The notes below the pieces were generated by a model that was not told the DNA's origin, ran no database searches, and saw only the letters and a list, made by a program, of their open reading frames with translations. Both the position numbers and the translations under genes were made by a program. DNA of 64,000 nucleotides from Candidatus Latescibacterota bacterium (GTDB lineage: Bacteria; Latescibacterota; UBA2968): assembly GCA_965205975.1 (NCBI GenBank), contig OZ242195.1:5280001-5344000 (forward strand), written 5' to 3'. Positions 1-11,532 of this stretch are shown piece by piece (the stretch's first letter is position 1; every line of letters begins with the position of its first letter).

Positions 1-1503
1 TTCGGCAAAGGTTTCGATGCTGTCTTTTTCATCGTCCGGCAAGCGGTTGGGCCAAGGGCCGTCGTTGAGGTTGACCGCGCGGCATTCTTCTTCTGTGGGA
101 GTGCGGGCCGGACCGGGATACGAGCGCAACCTGTCGCCGTCAAGCGAATTACTCAGGCCATATTGTCGTTCCCATGCGATGATTTGATTGCGAAATTTTG
201 CCGCCAGTGCGGGGTGTTTCGCGGTGAGGTTGTGCTGTTCGTGTGGATCGTTTTCAAGGTCGTAGAGTTCTTCGATTCCGCCGTGGGCAAAGAAGGCGTA
301 TTTGTGTTTTTGGTCGCGTGCTGAAATCCAGCGTCCTTTGCCCTTGCCGTAGTCTATTATGGTGGATTCTCGGGGCTCCGCCAGACCTCCACCTGTTGCG
401 CTGAGGAGATTCGCCCCTGGTAACGGGCCGTGTTCCCCTGGATGCTGGAGGTCGAGTTCTTCAATGAGGGTGGGAAAGAAGTCGAGCAGGCTGACGAGGT
501 CATTGCATTGCCGTCCTGCTCGCGTTTTGCCGGGCCAGCGCAAGAGATATGGAATGCGCACGGAGGATTCATAAGGGCAGTTTTTTTGTGAGAGGCCGTG
601 TTCGCCCATCATTTCGCCGTGGTCTGAGACAAAGAGAACGACAGTGTTATCGGATAGGCCGAGGGTTTCGATTTCATTCAAAATGCGACCGATGCCGTCG
701 TCAACATGAGAGATGAGGCCATAGTAAAGGGCGCGGAGGCGGCGCAGGCGGTCGGGGTCGCGATGGGCACCATCCAGACGTCCGCGGCTGCCGTAAAAAT
801 TGGGTGGTAGGGTTTCGATAGGGCGGTCGGCAAAGGGTGGGAGGGGCATATCGGCGGGGTTGTACATATCGTCGTACGGTCCGCAGGGCGCAAAGGGCGG
901 GTGCGGCGATATCCAGGAACTCCATAAAAAAAAGGGTTGATTGGGGCGGTAGCGCGTGTGTTCGCGGAGAAAGTCAATGGATCGGTCGGCGACCCAGGTA
1001 TTTTTGTGGTGTTCAACGGGTATGCCACAGGTTTGGGGCTGGAAAAAGAGCAGGTCGCGAATGCCTTTGGGAAATCGGGTGCGGACGCCGTTTTCTCGCA
1101 GATATCGGAGGTAGTCATCATCGACCCAGTGATCGATGCATTCTTCCATGGTGAGGAGGTTTCGGAAGCCGTAGTGCCGACCGTGAAAGTGCATTTTTCC
1201 AATGCCCTGTGTCCAGTACCCTGAGCGCAGTAGAAGCGTCATGATGGTGGGGAGTTCGGGTAAGGGACCAGGTAGCGCACTGTTGTCTGTCCAGTGGTGC
1301 CGGGACATTCTGTGACCGGTGATGAAACTCATGCGCGCGGCAACGCAGACGGGGGTGGGTGTGACTGCCTGCGTGAAGCGAACACCAGAATTTGCGAGTG
1401 CGTCGAGGTTGGGCGTGTGGATTGTTGTATTTCCAGCGCAGCCCAGGGCATCTGCGCGCTGCTGGTCGGTCATGAGGACGAGAATATTGGGGCGATCAGG
1501 CAT
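1..1503 (-). CDS. Cys-type sulfatase (3' end runs off the window)
   Basis: Not in the ORF track because no stop lies in the window. Manual translation from ATG 1503: MPDRPNILVLMTDQQRADALGC...TPNLDALA...PVCVAARMSFITG (CxxxR motif), later PFFLWSSWISPHPPF and HGEMMGEHGL; the same frame is still open at base 1 in the segments checked. Confidence 0.9.
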   Translation of the reverse strand, partial: MPDRPNILVLMTDQQRADALGCAGNTTIHTPNLDALANSGVRFTQAVTPTPVCVAARMSFITGHRMSRHHWTDNSALPGPLPELPTIMTLLLRSGYWTQGIGKMHFHGRHYGFRNLLTMEECIDHWVDDDYLRYLRENGVRTRFPKGIRDLLFFQPQTCGIPVEHHKNTWVADRSIDFLREHTRYRPNQPFFLWSSWISPHPPFAPCGPYDDMYNPADMPLPPFADRPIETLPPNFYGSRGRLDGAHRDPDRLRRLRALYYGLISHVDDGIGRILNEIETLGLSDNTVVLFVSDHGEMMGEHGLSQKNCPYESSVRIPYLLRWPGKTRAGRQCNDLVSLLDFFPTLIEELDLQHPGEHGPLPGANLLSATGGGLAEPRESTIIDYGKGKGRWISARDQKHKYAFFAHGGIEELYDLENDPHEQHNLTAKHPALAAKFRNQIIAWERQYGLSNSLDGDRLRSYPGPARTPTEEECRAVNLNDGPWPNRLPDDEKDSIETFAE

Positions 1504-1542
1504 GGTGTTTCCTATGGCAATTCACGACATCTGGTATTTAAT

Positions 1543-3039
<1,497 letters not shown>

Positions 3040-3090
3040 CTATAGGAAAGTCGAGAAAGTCGATGAGGATTATTTTTCCCCTTTAGATAG

Positions 3091-3130
3091 AATACAAAAA
3101 TCCCCTTGACGCAGACACATCAAGGGGATT
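3091..3130 (-). terminator. Intrinsic terminator inside the guaB 5' leader (attenuator candidate)
   Basis: 11-bp stem AATCCCCTTGA (3099-3109)/TCAAGGGGATT (3120-3130) followed on the minus strand by a T-rich tail; ~60 nt before the guaB start. Confidence 0.75.
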
Positions 3131-3225
3131 CAAGCGGCAGGCACAGTTACACACTCCGCTCCGAGGCCTGGCGGAGGTGTAAACCGCCGTTTTTTTCGGC
3201 AACAATAAGTGTAAAGCCTCTGGTA
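3131..3225 (-). ncRNA. Candidate cis-regulatory structured RNA in the guaB leader
   Basis: Imperfect stem GTTACACACTCCGC (3146-3159)/GCGGAGGTGTAAAC (3171-3184), lying between a promoter and a terminator. Confidence 0.5.
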
Positions 3226-3259
3226 CATGATTTTCTCCAAATCGCGATTAGATTTGCCA

Positions 3260-3288
3260 AATATACCGCTTCTCTTTTATTCTGTCAA
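3260..3288 (-). promoter_or_regulatory. Sigma70-type promoter for guaB
   Basis: Minus strand TTGACA-17 bp-TATATT. Confidence 0.75.
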
Positions 3289-3526
3289 TATGTGTGAAAT
3301 AGATTTTGTTCACAATGGTCTCTGGAAAAGGGGTTGACACCGGTCTTTACTGCTTATATTTTTATTTTTAATTAACTCAAACTTCTAATATTGCTGTTGA
3401 TTAATTAGTTGTTTTAAATTTTTGAGACCGGGATAATTAACACTCCTCATAACGCATTGTTGCAGTGTTGGATATACCGGGAACTCTACTGATTTGTATT
3501 TCGTTTAATCTAAAGCAGATTTTGGC

Positions 3527-3555
3527 TTGACAGGGTTTTTTTCATTCATTAGATT
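3527..3555 (+). promoter_or_regulatory. Sigma70-type promoter for the TPR-exbBDD-tonB operon
   Basis: TTGACA-17 bp-TAGATT in an AT-rich intergenic region. Confidence 0.55.
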
Positions 3556-3638
3556 CTTCAGCCCTGCTACCTGTAATCGCATTATTTTTTGGTGTGAGTT
3601 ATATATTGTTATTAACAGGAAAGCGGCTTGTCTAAACT

Positions 3639-4886
3639 ATGTGTCGTTTTCTGCGAATTTTCATCCCATATAGTATGGAGATTGGGACCATGATTTTAAA
3701 TTTAAAATTCCGATCAGGTTTTTTGGCTTTGTTCTGCGGTTTTTTGGTTTTTAGTGCAGCGTCACTTTGTTTTGCCGAAGAAGGTGAGACCGAGATGACA
3801 CAGGCGGATTCTATCAAGAGGGCCGGTCAACATTTGGGTTGGGGTGATCGGTATCTCAAGAGTGGGCAATATGAAGACGCCGAAACACAGTTGCTCAAAT
3901 CCTGGGGATTTAATCCCAGAAGAGCAGCAACGGCTCGACGCCTGGGCAAATTGTATAATGAAACAGAAAAATATGAGGATGCCATTCAGTGGTATCAAAC
4001 AGCCATTGAACTTGAACCCAAGAGCAAATACACCAGGGGGGCACATTTTGCCTTAGCTGGCATCTATATTATACAGGAACAGCCCGAGAAAGCCATTGGA
4101 AGTTATGAAGCATTGCTGGCATTCAACCTCGAGTCAGAGGAAAAAATTAAATACTATCATGCGCTGGTCAGTTTGAATGTTGAAACTGAAGAGTATGAAA
4201 AAGCATTGGAGTATGCCAAAAAGTGGGGTGAATTAGCTCCCGATGAGCCCGAAGTGCGGGATATGATTGGTAAATTGCATCTGCGAACAGGTGGCGAGGA
4301 CGAAGCTCTGGTCGAAATGGAGAAAGTGCTGGAGATAAATCCCGATGATTATGCTACGCTGGAAAAATTGGCGGGGATGTATGATCGAAGAGGCGATGAT
4401 GATAAAGCCTTTGATGCCTTTGAAAAATTATATCAAAATGATGATTCGAGTGTTTTCTTTCTGGAAGAGACCATTAAATTGGGCAAGAGGATGGGGAAAT
4501 CCAAAAGCTGGATTGTCAATCGGCTTGAAAAATTACACGCCATGCGGCCCGACAATTTAGGCGTGATCGAAGAATTGGCCGAGTTGACCGGGAGCCTCAA
4601 GTGGGTCAATAAAGGACTGAAACAAGATCCAAACAATGGCCTGTACCCCTACATGAGGGGCAACCATTATTTTAACAGATGGGAAAATTCAAGTGCCAAA
4701 CAGGATTCGATCAATGCCTTGATATGGTATAGAAGGGCGTTGAAAGATCCGATGTGGAAAGGCAATGCCAACGCAATGATCCAAACACTTGATCCACCCT
4801 TAACAGATGAAGAGAAGAAGCGTCGAGAATTTTTTGAAGGTAGCAAACAGAAAAAGGAGGAGGTGGAAACAGAAGGTAAGAAGTAG
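3639..4886 (+). CDS. Exported tetratricopeptide-repeat protein
   Basis: Signal-peptide-like N-terminus (true start probably a downstream ATG near 3690) and multiple TPR-like helical repeats. Confidence 0.85.
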   Translation: MCRFLRIFIPYSMEIGTMILNLKFRSGFLALFCGFLVFSAASLCFAEEGETEMTQADSIKRAGQHLGWGDRYLKSGQYEDAETQLLKSWGFNPRRAATARRLGKLYNETEKYEDAIQWYQTAIELEPKSKYTRGAHFALAGIYIIQEQPEKAIGSYEALLAFNLESEEKIKYYHALVSLNVETEEYEKALEYAKKWGELAPDEPEVRDMIGKLHLRTGGEDEALVEMEKVLEINPDDYATLEKLAGMYDRRGDDDKAFDAFEKLYQNDDSSVFFLEETIKLGKRMGKSKSWIVNRLEKLHAMRPDNLGVIEELAELTGSLKWVNKGLKQDPNNGLYPYMRGNHYFNRWENSSAKQDSINALIWYRRALKDPMWKGNANAMIQTLDPPLTDEEKKRREFFEGSKQKKEEVETEGKK

Positions 4887-4946
4887 AAGGTTCTATGTTG
4901 TTAATCCATTTTTCGCAATTCATAACCTAACTTCGGGAGATGTGGC

Positions 4947-5567
4947 ATGGTTGATCTTTTTATTAAAGGCGGAAACTTTATGTATCCGTTGCTGGTGATG
5001 TTATTTTTTGGTGTTGTGGTGATGATTGAGCGTTTTTACACGCTTTTTAAGGCGCATATCAATGCCAAAGAATTTATGGTAGAGCTTCAGGATGCCCTCA
5101 AGCAAAATGGGCCAGAAGGTGCTGCTGAATTGTGTTCCAATACGCGTGGCCCAGTCGCCACAGTGCTGCATGCAGGGCTGCTGCGTTTAGACCGCGGTAT
5201 TGAGCATGTGGAAAAATCGATTGAGGAATCCGGTGCTATCGAAATGGCTTTTCTCGAGCGTGGTCTCGTGTGGCTTTCCACTGTCGCAAACCTGGCACCT
5301 CTTGTTGGTTTTCTGGGTACCGTGTCGGGTATGATCCGGGCGTTTAACGATATTGCCGCTGCTGGCGATGTTGATCCCAGCGTTGTGGCCGGCGGTATTT
5401 CGGAAGCTTTGATTACAACGGCTTCGGGCCTGGTGGTTGCTATTCCGGTGCAGGCTGCATACAACTTCTTTCTGTCAAAAATTGACAAGATCATCATCGA
5501 TCTCCAGGAAAGCTCCAATCAATTTGTCGATGACCTGATTCAGTTGGGCTACGGCAAGGAGGACTAA
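4947..5567 (+). CDS. exbB: MotA/TolQ/ExbB proton channel protein
   Basis: APLVGFLGTVSGMIRAF and GISEALITTASGLVVAIP motifs. Confidence 0.92.
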   Translation: MVDLFIKGGNFMYPLLVMLFFGVVVMIERFYTLFKAHINAKEFMVELQDALKQNGPEGAAELCSNTRGPVATVLHAGLLRLDRGIEHVEKSIEESGAIEMAFLERGLVWLSTVANLAPLVGFLGTVSGMIRAFNDIAAAGDVDPSVVAGGISEALITTASGLVVAIPVQAAYNFFLSKIDKIIIDLQESSNQFVDDLIQLGYGKED

Positions 5568-5570
5568 GAC

Positions 5571-5975
5571 ATGGCCCTTCAGCGACGCGAAAAATCTTCA
5601 CCTGAAATCCCCACCGGGTCTATGGCAGATATCGTGTTTTTGTTGCTGGTATTTTTTCTGGTGACAACCACGATGAACCAGGATAAGGGTATTGGTATGC
5701 ATTTGCCCCCGGCAGGCGAGTCCAAGAAAATCCAGAAGAAAAATATTTGCAATGTCTGGGTCAATGTCAATGGGGATATTCTCATCAATTTGGAACAAGG
5801 TGTACCGCTGAATATGCTTCGAGCAGATATTGAGCAGCGATTGGCGCAAAATGAGAAGCTGATCGTTTCATTAAAGGCCGACGAAGAAACGCCCTATGAA
5901 AAATTTATCGATGTACTCGACGAAATTAAATTATCAGGGGCAGATAAAATTTCGCTCGCCTCGCCCAGTGAGTGA
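5571..5975 (+). CDS. exbD: ExbD/TolR family protein
   Basis: IPTGSMADIVFLLLVFFLV transmembrane segment with conserved Asp; KAD.ETPY motif. Confidence 0.9.
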   Translation: MALQRREKSSPEIPTGSMADIVFLLLVFFLVTTTMNQDKGIGMHLPPAGESKKIQKKNICNVWVNVNGDILINLEQGVPLNMLRADIEQRLAQNEKLIVSLKADEETPYEKFIDVLDEIKLSGADKISLASPSE

Positions 5976-5990
5976 GTTGAGGAGGTTCTC

Positions 5991-6398
5991 ATGAATTTTA
6001 AGAAAAAGGGTGGTGTCTCGCACAGCATTCCTACCGGTTCTATGGCCGACATTACTTTTTTGCTGCTCATTTTCTTTATGGTCTCTACGGTTTTTGTCCG
6101 CTACCGCGTGACGGGCATTATTATGCCCAAGGCCGAAAAAATCGAAGAGCTTAAGAAACGCCGCCACATCAACTATTTGTGGGTTTCTGCTGATCGCAAA
6201 ATCTATATTGACGACAAGTTGGCGAATCTCGACCAGGTAGCCGGGATTTTTTACGATCGCCGCGTCAGAGATCCCCGTATGGTTGTGTCACTCAAATGTG
6301 ACTATCGCGCGCCTTATGGATTGATCAGCAGAGTGATGGAAGAATTGCGCGAGGCCGATGCGTTGCGCATCAACTTTGCGACTAACCGAGAGGGGTAA
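5991..6398 (+). CDS. exbD: ExbD/TolR family protein, second paralogue
   Basis: IPTGSMADITFLLLIFFMV; KCDYRAPYG. Confidence 0.9.
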   Translation: MNFKKKGGVSHSIPTGSMADITFLLLIFFMVSTVFVRYRVTGIIMPKAEKIEELKKRRHINYLWVSADRKIYIDDKLANLDQVAGIFYDRRVRDPRMVVSLKCDYRAPYGLISRVMEELREADALRINFATNREG

Positions 6399-6401
6399 GC
6401 T

Positions 6402-7049
6402 ATGGCAATGATTCGGGGAAAAGCACCAGAAGCCGATTTGCAACGCACGTATAATAAGGTCTTTGGATATTGTACGTTGATCACGTTTATCTTGCATACC
6501 GCCGTGGCTGTGATTTTTCCAACTTTTGAAGCCTCTGCGAGTGATCGGAAGAAGAAACAGATTATTATTGAAAATGTGGATATTCCAGAAACCCAACAGA
6601 TCAAGCGTCCGCCACCGCCGCCGCGGCCTGCTGTGCCAATTGAGACAGAGAGCGACGATGTGCCCGACGATGTGACTATTGAAAGCACAGATCTCGATTT
6701 TGACGATGCAATGGTCGATATGCCACCGCCACCGCCGCCGGGTTCAGGAGAGGAAGAAGAAGAAATCTTCGAGTTTTTCATGGTTGAACAAAAACCAAAA
6801 GTCATAAAGCAGGTGAACCCGAAATATCCGGAAATCGCCCGCAAAGCTGGGTTGACTGGAAAAGTGTTTTTGAAGTTTTTGGTCGATAAGAGCGGTCGGG
6901 TGAGCAATGTGTCCGTACTTAGAGGTCAAGAAATTTTCCGGCAAGCAGCGATTGATGCTGTTCTGCAATTCAGGTTTGAACCAGCCCAACAAAATGACAA
7001 GCCGGTTTCTGTATGGATGACACAGCCGATGTCTTTCCGTCTGAATTGA
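6402..7049 (+). CDS. tonB: Energy transducer TonB
   Basis: N-terminal TM segment, Pro-rich linker, C-terminal YPEIARKAGLTGKV...FEPAQQNDKPVSV domain. Confidence 0.92.
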   Translation: MAMIRGKAPEADLQRTYNKVFGYCTLITFILHTAVAVIFPTFEASASDRKKKQIIIENVDIPETQQIKRPPPPPRPAVPIETESDDVPDDVTIESTDLDFDDAMVDMPPPPPPGSGEEEEEIFEFFMVEQKPKVIKQVNPKYPEIARKAGLTGKVFLKFLVDKSGRVSNVSVLRGQEIFRQAAIDAVLQFRFEPAQQNDKPVSVWMTQPMSFRLN

Positions 7050-7067
7050 GGTGGTAGTTTTATTATT

Positions 7068-7104
7068 AAAAGGCCATTGTACTGGGCGTACAATGGCCTT
7101 TTTT
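7068..7104 (+). terminator. Intrinsic terminator after tonB
   Basis: AAAAGGCCATTGTAC-loop-GTACAATGGCCTTTTTT. Confidence 0.85.
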
Positions 7105-7212
7105 GTATAAATATGTAAACAATACTTGACATATACGCCGAAATTTTACAATATATATTGCCTAATCCGAATTTTAAGTCTTTGTAAAGGTTCAAAATAG
7201 AGGAGATTTTCC

Positions 7213-8406
7213 ATGCACACGCGTTCCTTCTTTGCGATGCTTTCATTATCTGTGCTAATGGCTGGTTCTGCCCTTGCACAGGGAGTGAGCCCCGAATCGG
7301 CTGAAAAGTATAATGCTGGACAGGAATTATTCAAGAAACGACAGTTTCAAAGAGCACTCGCATCTTTTGAAGAGGCTGTAAAGATCGATGGCAAAAACGC
7401 GCAGGCATATCGCGCGATGGGCACGACGTACAAAAAGTTGCGCAATTATACAAAGGCCGTTGAAGCTTATCAAATGGCGACTTCAATTAAGTCGGATTAT
7501 GCAGCCGCTTATTTTGAAATGGGCGAATTGCAATTTCAGACCAAAGACTATACAGGTGCCCAGGCCAGCATACAAAAGGTGATGGCGATTGATCCCAGCT
7601 TTGAAGCAAATAAAACACGGGAGATATTGAAGAAAGCCTATCTTCAAGAGGGGACCATGTTGTTCAGACGGCGAAATTACAAGGCTGCCGCGGCTCAGTA
7701 TGAAAGTGCTACACAAGTCGATCCTTCGGATGCGACCGTATTTTACAATTTGGGATTGGCACATAAAAGTGCACGCAGTGTAAATGCCGCACGGGAAGCA
7801 CTTGAAACTGCCATTGAACTGAATCCAAACTATGGCAGAGCACATCGCGTTTTGGGCGATCTCTTCAGGGCGACAGGAAAAAATAGCAGTGCAGCAAGAG
7901 CGTACTTAAATGCGATTCAAGCCGACGCAAAAGATACGAAATCTCGCCTGAATCTGGCAATAGTCTATCAGGCGATGAAGCAAAATAGCAAAGCGATTTC
8001 CGTGCTTTCAAAAGCGGCACAGGTTGATCCCAAAAATGCAACGGTTCACACAGCACTTGGCAAGGCTTATGCAGATGGCAGGCAGTACACAAATGCTGTT
8101 GCTTCCTATAAAAGGGCACTGGGCATTAAGAGTACCTCCGAGGTGAATTATCGGATAGCCGTGCCTTATTTTGAACTCAAGCAATATCAAAATGCCATCA
8201 GGCATGCCAATCAAGCGCTGTCCGCGTCTAAATGGAGAGTGCCCGCCAATGTCATTCTGGGCGATTGTTATCGCGAGCTTGGCCAAAAGGAAAGAGCGAT
8301 AGCGTACTACAAAAAAGCGGTTGGGAATCGCCAATATAAGAAATACGCCGAAGACCAGATCGATCGCATCCTCAATCCAATGGGCGGTGGAGAAGAGGCA
8401 CAGTAA
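7213..8406 (+). CDS. Exported TPR protein
   Basis: GAGGAG RBS, signal peptide ending ALA, many TPR repeats. Confidence 0.9.
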   Translation: MHTRSFFAMLSLSVLMAGSALAQGVSPESAEKYNAGQELFKKRQFQRALASFEEAVKIDGKNAQAYRAMGTTYKKLRNYTKAVEAYQMATSIKSDYAAAYFEMGELQFQTKDYTGAQASIQKVMAIDPSFEANKTREILKKAYLQEGTMLFRRRNYKAAAAQYESATQVDPSDATVFYNLGLAHKSARSVNAAREALETAIELNPNYGRAHRVLGDLFRATGKNSSAARAYLNAIQADAKDTKSRLNLAIVYQAMKQNSKAISVLSKAAQVDPKNATVHTALGKAYADGRQYTNAVASYKRALGIKSTSEVNYRIAVPYFELKQYQNAIRHANQALSASKWRVPANVILGDCYRELGQKERAIAYYKKAVGNRQYKKYAEDQIDRILNPMGGGEEAQ

Positions 8407-8433
8407 GTAGTGCAGTGATTTGTGTTAAAAATG

Positions 8434-8462
8434 AAAAGGGACTCTTTTTGAGTCCCTTTTTT
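8434..8462 (+). terminator. Intrinsic terminator
   Basis: AAAAGGGACTC-TTTTT-GAGTCCCTTTTTT. Confidence 0.8.
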
Positions 8463-8481
8463 GTGGGAGAATCCTCTTTTT

Positions 8482-9633
8482 GTGAAAAAAGACACTTTTT
8501 TGTATATCAATGCCTTTTTAATGGATTGTTGTTTTGCCATTGTGGGTGTTTGCGTTCCATTACACGCCTTGCGATTCGGTGCGACTTATGACGATCTGGG
8601 GCACATCAATGCCTGGGGGGCATTGGCTTATACTCTGACCAGTCTCGTGTCGGGACGTCTTGCAGATCGGATGGGTTATCGCCTGGTTATGACTGTCGGG
8701 TGTGTGTTTCTCGCGCTGGCATTTGTGGGATATATCGGGGTCAATCACATCTGGCATTTTATTTTGCTTTCTGTGCTTACGGCGGTTGCCATTGCACATT
8801 ATTGGCCCCCGATGCAAGCCTATCTTGGGCGTGGGAAATCGCGAGATATGCTGTTACCCGCGTTGGGGCGATTCAATGTGGCGTGGACATTGGGCGTGTG
8901 TATTGGTCCGGCCGCAGGTGGTGAGTTGTTTGAATTTCACCCTTTTAGTGGATTTCTTCTGAGTGGTTTTTTGGTTGTTCTGTTATTTGCCGGTTTGCTC
9001 GTTGTTCCGGTTGTGGAATCGGAGCCTGATGTTGTAAATAGACGATCGGTTACCGCAACGTCGGGACATTTTTTACCACTTGCATTGCTGGCCAATTTTG
9101 CAACATTTTTTGCTATTGGTCTTGTGCGCGCGCTGTTTCCAAAGTTGGCGATAGACCTCGACATTTCACCGAGTTTGCTGGGGTATTTGCTCGCGCTGAT
9201 CGCTTTGACCCAACTTGCAGTTTTTTATTTTATGTCGCGGACGGATAGATGGCAATTTCGCCTGTCACCTATTATTTTTGCTCAGCTTTTGGCCGCTTTT
9301 GGTCTCGGTTTGATCGGGATAGGTACACAGCCGATTGTTTTTGCATGTGGTTTTTTGCTGTTGGGCGGGCTTATTGGGGTGACGTTTACGGCGAGTATTT
9401 TTTACAGTTTATACGCCGAAGGTCCAGGAGGTCGTCGCACGGGTATTCACGAAGCGATTGTGGGGAGTGGATTTTTATTTGGTCCTCTTCTCGGCGGTCT
9501 TGTTGCCGAGCATTTCAATGCGCGATTGCCCTATTTGATGGGTAGTATGGTTATTCTGTTGACGATAGGTATTCAGTTGTTTATCCATAAAATGAAAGCT
9601 CCCAGCGGCTTTGTGCCACAGGCGGGCGATTAG
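8482..9633 (+). CDS. MFS transporter
   Basis: About 12 hydrophobic segments, GRLADRMGYR motif A; start placed at GTG 8482 (ORF opens at 8461). Confidence 0.88.
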   Translation: MKKDTFLYINAFLMDCCFAIVGVCVPLHALRFGATYDDLGHINAWGALAYTLTSLVSGRLADRMGYRLVMTVGCVFLALAFVGYIGVNHIWHFILLSVLTAVAIAHYWPPMQAYLGRGKSRDMLLPALGRFNVAWTLGVCIGPAAGGELFEFHPFSGFLLSGFLVVLLFAGLLVVPVVESEPDVVNRRSVTATSGHFLPLALLANFATFFAIGLVRALFPKLAIDLDISPSLLGYLLALIALTQLAVFYFMSRTDRWQFRLSPIIFAQLLAAFGLGLIGIGTQPIVFACGFLLLGGLIGVTFTASIFYSLYAEGPGGRRTGIHEAIVGSGFLFGPLLGGLVAEHFNARLPYLMGSMVILLTIGIQLFIHKMKAPSGFVPQAGD

Positions 9634-9652
9634 TTTTCAATTTGTGTGGAGA

Positions 9653-10303
9653 ATGAATTTGAAAAAGCGTTTTAGTAAAGCTGAGAAAGCCGAAAGAATT
9701 GCCGAGATTTTGGACGAATTGTATCCCGATCCCGAAGCATCGCTGAGACACGGGAGTGCTTATACCCTGCTGGTCGCTGTGTTGTTGTCGGCGCAGTGTA
9801 CCGATGTGCGGGTCAATCAGGTGACGCCGGTTTTATTTGCCAGGGCAGATACGCCAGAGAAAATGATTGCACTGTCGGTTGAAGAAATTGAAGGTATTAT
9901 CCGTCCGTGTGGGTTGGCGCCTCGAAAAGCGCAGGCTATTTTTGATTTGTCCCGTATTTTACTGGATAAACACGATGGCGAGGTGCCCCAATCTTATGAA
10001 GATTTGGAAGCATTGCCCGGCGTGGGACATAAGACTGCGTCGGTGGTGATGGCTCAGGCTTTTGACGTGCCAGCATTTCCCGTGGATACACATATTCACC
10101 GTCTCGCCTACCGATGGGGGTTGTCCAATGGCAAAAATGTGGTGCAGACCGAGCGCGATTTGAAACGCATTTTCCCCGCGGAAATTTGGAATAAGTTGCA
10201 TTTGCAGATTATCTTTTTTGGCCGAGAATATTGTCCGGCCAGGGGACATGATCCCCATCAATGCCGCATTTGCGGTGTGTATGGACGCAGGAGTTTGCTT
10301 TGA
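9653..10303 (+). CDS. nth: Endonuclease III
   Basis: LLVAVLLSAQCTD, HhH motif LPGVGHKTA, VDTHIHR, C-terminal Cys cluster; ATG at 9653. Confidence 0.93.
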   Translation: MNLKKRFSKAEKAERIAEILDELYPDPEASLRHGSAYTLLVAVLLSAQCTDVRVNQVTPVLFARADTPEKMIALSVEEIEGIIRPCGLAPRKAQAIFDLSRILLDKHDGEVPQSYEDLEALPGVGHKTASVVMAQAFDVPAFPVDTHIHRLAYRWGLSNGKNVVQTERDLKRIFPAEIWNKLHLQIIFFGREYCPARGHDPHQCRICGVYGRRSLL

Positions 10304-10319
10304 GAGACAGGAGGTGGAA

Positions 10320-11459
10320 GTGAAGATTCGAGCGATTTCGATTTCGGTGTTTGAGTTGCCTGCCAATACGGGGCGGTTTCGGATGGAACAAACCGGTCGT
10401 GGTGTCCGCAAGCGATGGGAGAAACGGGGTGCGGGTAAGTCGGCAGAGCATATACACGTTTTGCATGTAAAGACAGACGAAGACATCGAAGGGGTGTGTA
10501 CAGTGGGGGATGCGCGGTACACGACGATGCGTCCTGAAGATCTGGAGCAATTGCGGTTGCTAACGATTGGTGAAGATCCTTTTGATCGCGAACGACTCGG
10601 TCAAAAATTACACAAAGCAACGCGCGGCATGTTTACGCGCCCTGGATGGTTTGGTGCTTTTGACAATTGTTTGTGGGATATTGCTGGCAAGGTTGCGGGG
10701 CTGCCTGTTTACAGTCTGATTGGTCGGGCGCGGTCTTCCTGTGCGACTTATTACAATTTTAGAAGTGGCTCACAAGAGGAGGCTGTAGCCGATGCAAAAA
10801 AGGCAGTGGAAATGGGATTTTTGGCTGTAAAAGATCACTTTGGGGGTACGGCAGATGAGAATATCGCGTGTTTTCGCGCTGTGCGCGATGCGGTTGGGAG
10901 TGATGTCGATATTTTGCACGATGCCGCAGGGTGTGATTATACGTTGCAAGATGCGATTCGGGTGGGTAAGACTCTGGAGGCGTTGCGGTTTGGGTGGTTT
11001 GAAGAGCCTTTGGCAGATCGAGATCAAAAGAGCTTGCAGCGTTTGTGCGACGCGCTGGATATTCCCATTTTGGCGCCTGAGACTTTGATGCACGATGTGG
11101 ATTTAAGTGCGCAATGGATTATTTCCGGGGCAACTGATGCCCTGCGTGCCAATGCGCGGCTGGGTACAACTCCGACGTTGAAATTGGCACATTTGACTGA
11201 GATGCACGGCGCAAATATTGAATTTAATGGACCAGGTGGGTTGTTTGGACTGGTGCATGCACATCTGGTTTGTGCCATATCGAATACGAGTTATTACGAG
11301 TTTTTCCCTGGGGGATCCCGGGATGTGCGCGGTCGGGAGATTGGGTTGCTCAATCCACCATTGCCCGAGAATGGCCATATTACACCGCCCAATGATCCCG
11401 GATGGGGTGCCGAATGGGATTGGGAGTTTTTTGGGAAGAAGCGGATTGGAGAATTGTAA
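10320..11459 (+). CDS. Mandelate racemase/muconate lactonizing (enolase superfamily) enzyme
   Basis: DNCLWDIAGK, KDH, HDA, WFEEP, PE metal-ligand motifs; GTG start after GGAGG. Confidence 0.88.
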   Translation: MKIRAISISVFELPANTGRFRMEQTGRGVRKRWEKRGAGKSAEHIHVLHVKTDEDIEGVCTVGDARYTTMRPEDLEQLRLLTIGEDPFDRERLGQKLHKATRGMFTRPGWFGAFDNCLWDIAGKVAGLPVYSLIGRARSSCATYYNFRSGSQEEAVADAKKAVEMGFLAVKDHFGGTADENIACFRAVRDAVGSDVDILHDAAGCDYTLQDAIRVGKTLEALRFGWFEEPLADRDQKSLQRLCDALDIPILAPETLMHDVDLSAQWIISGATDALRANARLGTTPTLKLAHLTEMHGANIEFNGPGGLFGLVHAHLVCAISNTSYYEFFPGGSRDVRGREIGLLNPPLPENGHITPPNDPGWGAEWDWEFFGKKRIGEL

Positions 11460-11465
11460 AAAGCA

Positions 11466-11498
11466 TCCGCAGATGGACGCAGATGGACGCAGATGGAC
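11466..11498 (+). repeat. 10-bp tandem repeat (GCAGATGGAC) x3
   Basis: Read directly, just after the stop codon. Confidence 0.85.
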
Positions 11499-11532
11499 AG
11501 AAATAAAAAACTGACTACTAAAAGGAGATTTT

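Noticed and set aside
678..1224. ORF-track entries over the first 1.5 kb, and a possible frameshift at the A8 run (926-933)
   Set aside because: They shadow the real minus-strand sulfatase, which reads in frame through the run (QPFFLW)
3131..3250. Canonical purine or ZMP/ZTP riboswitch
   Set aside because: Their conserved cores (for example TTTCTACC, or GCCTGGGC) are not visible; kept only as an unclassified candidate
7126..7159. Promoter for the second TPR gene
   Set aside because: TTGACA is present but spacing to the -10 candidates is 15 or 22 bp
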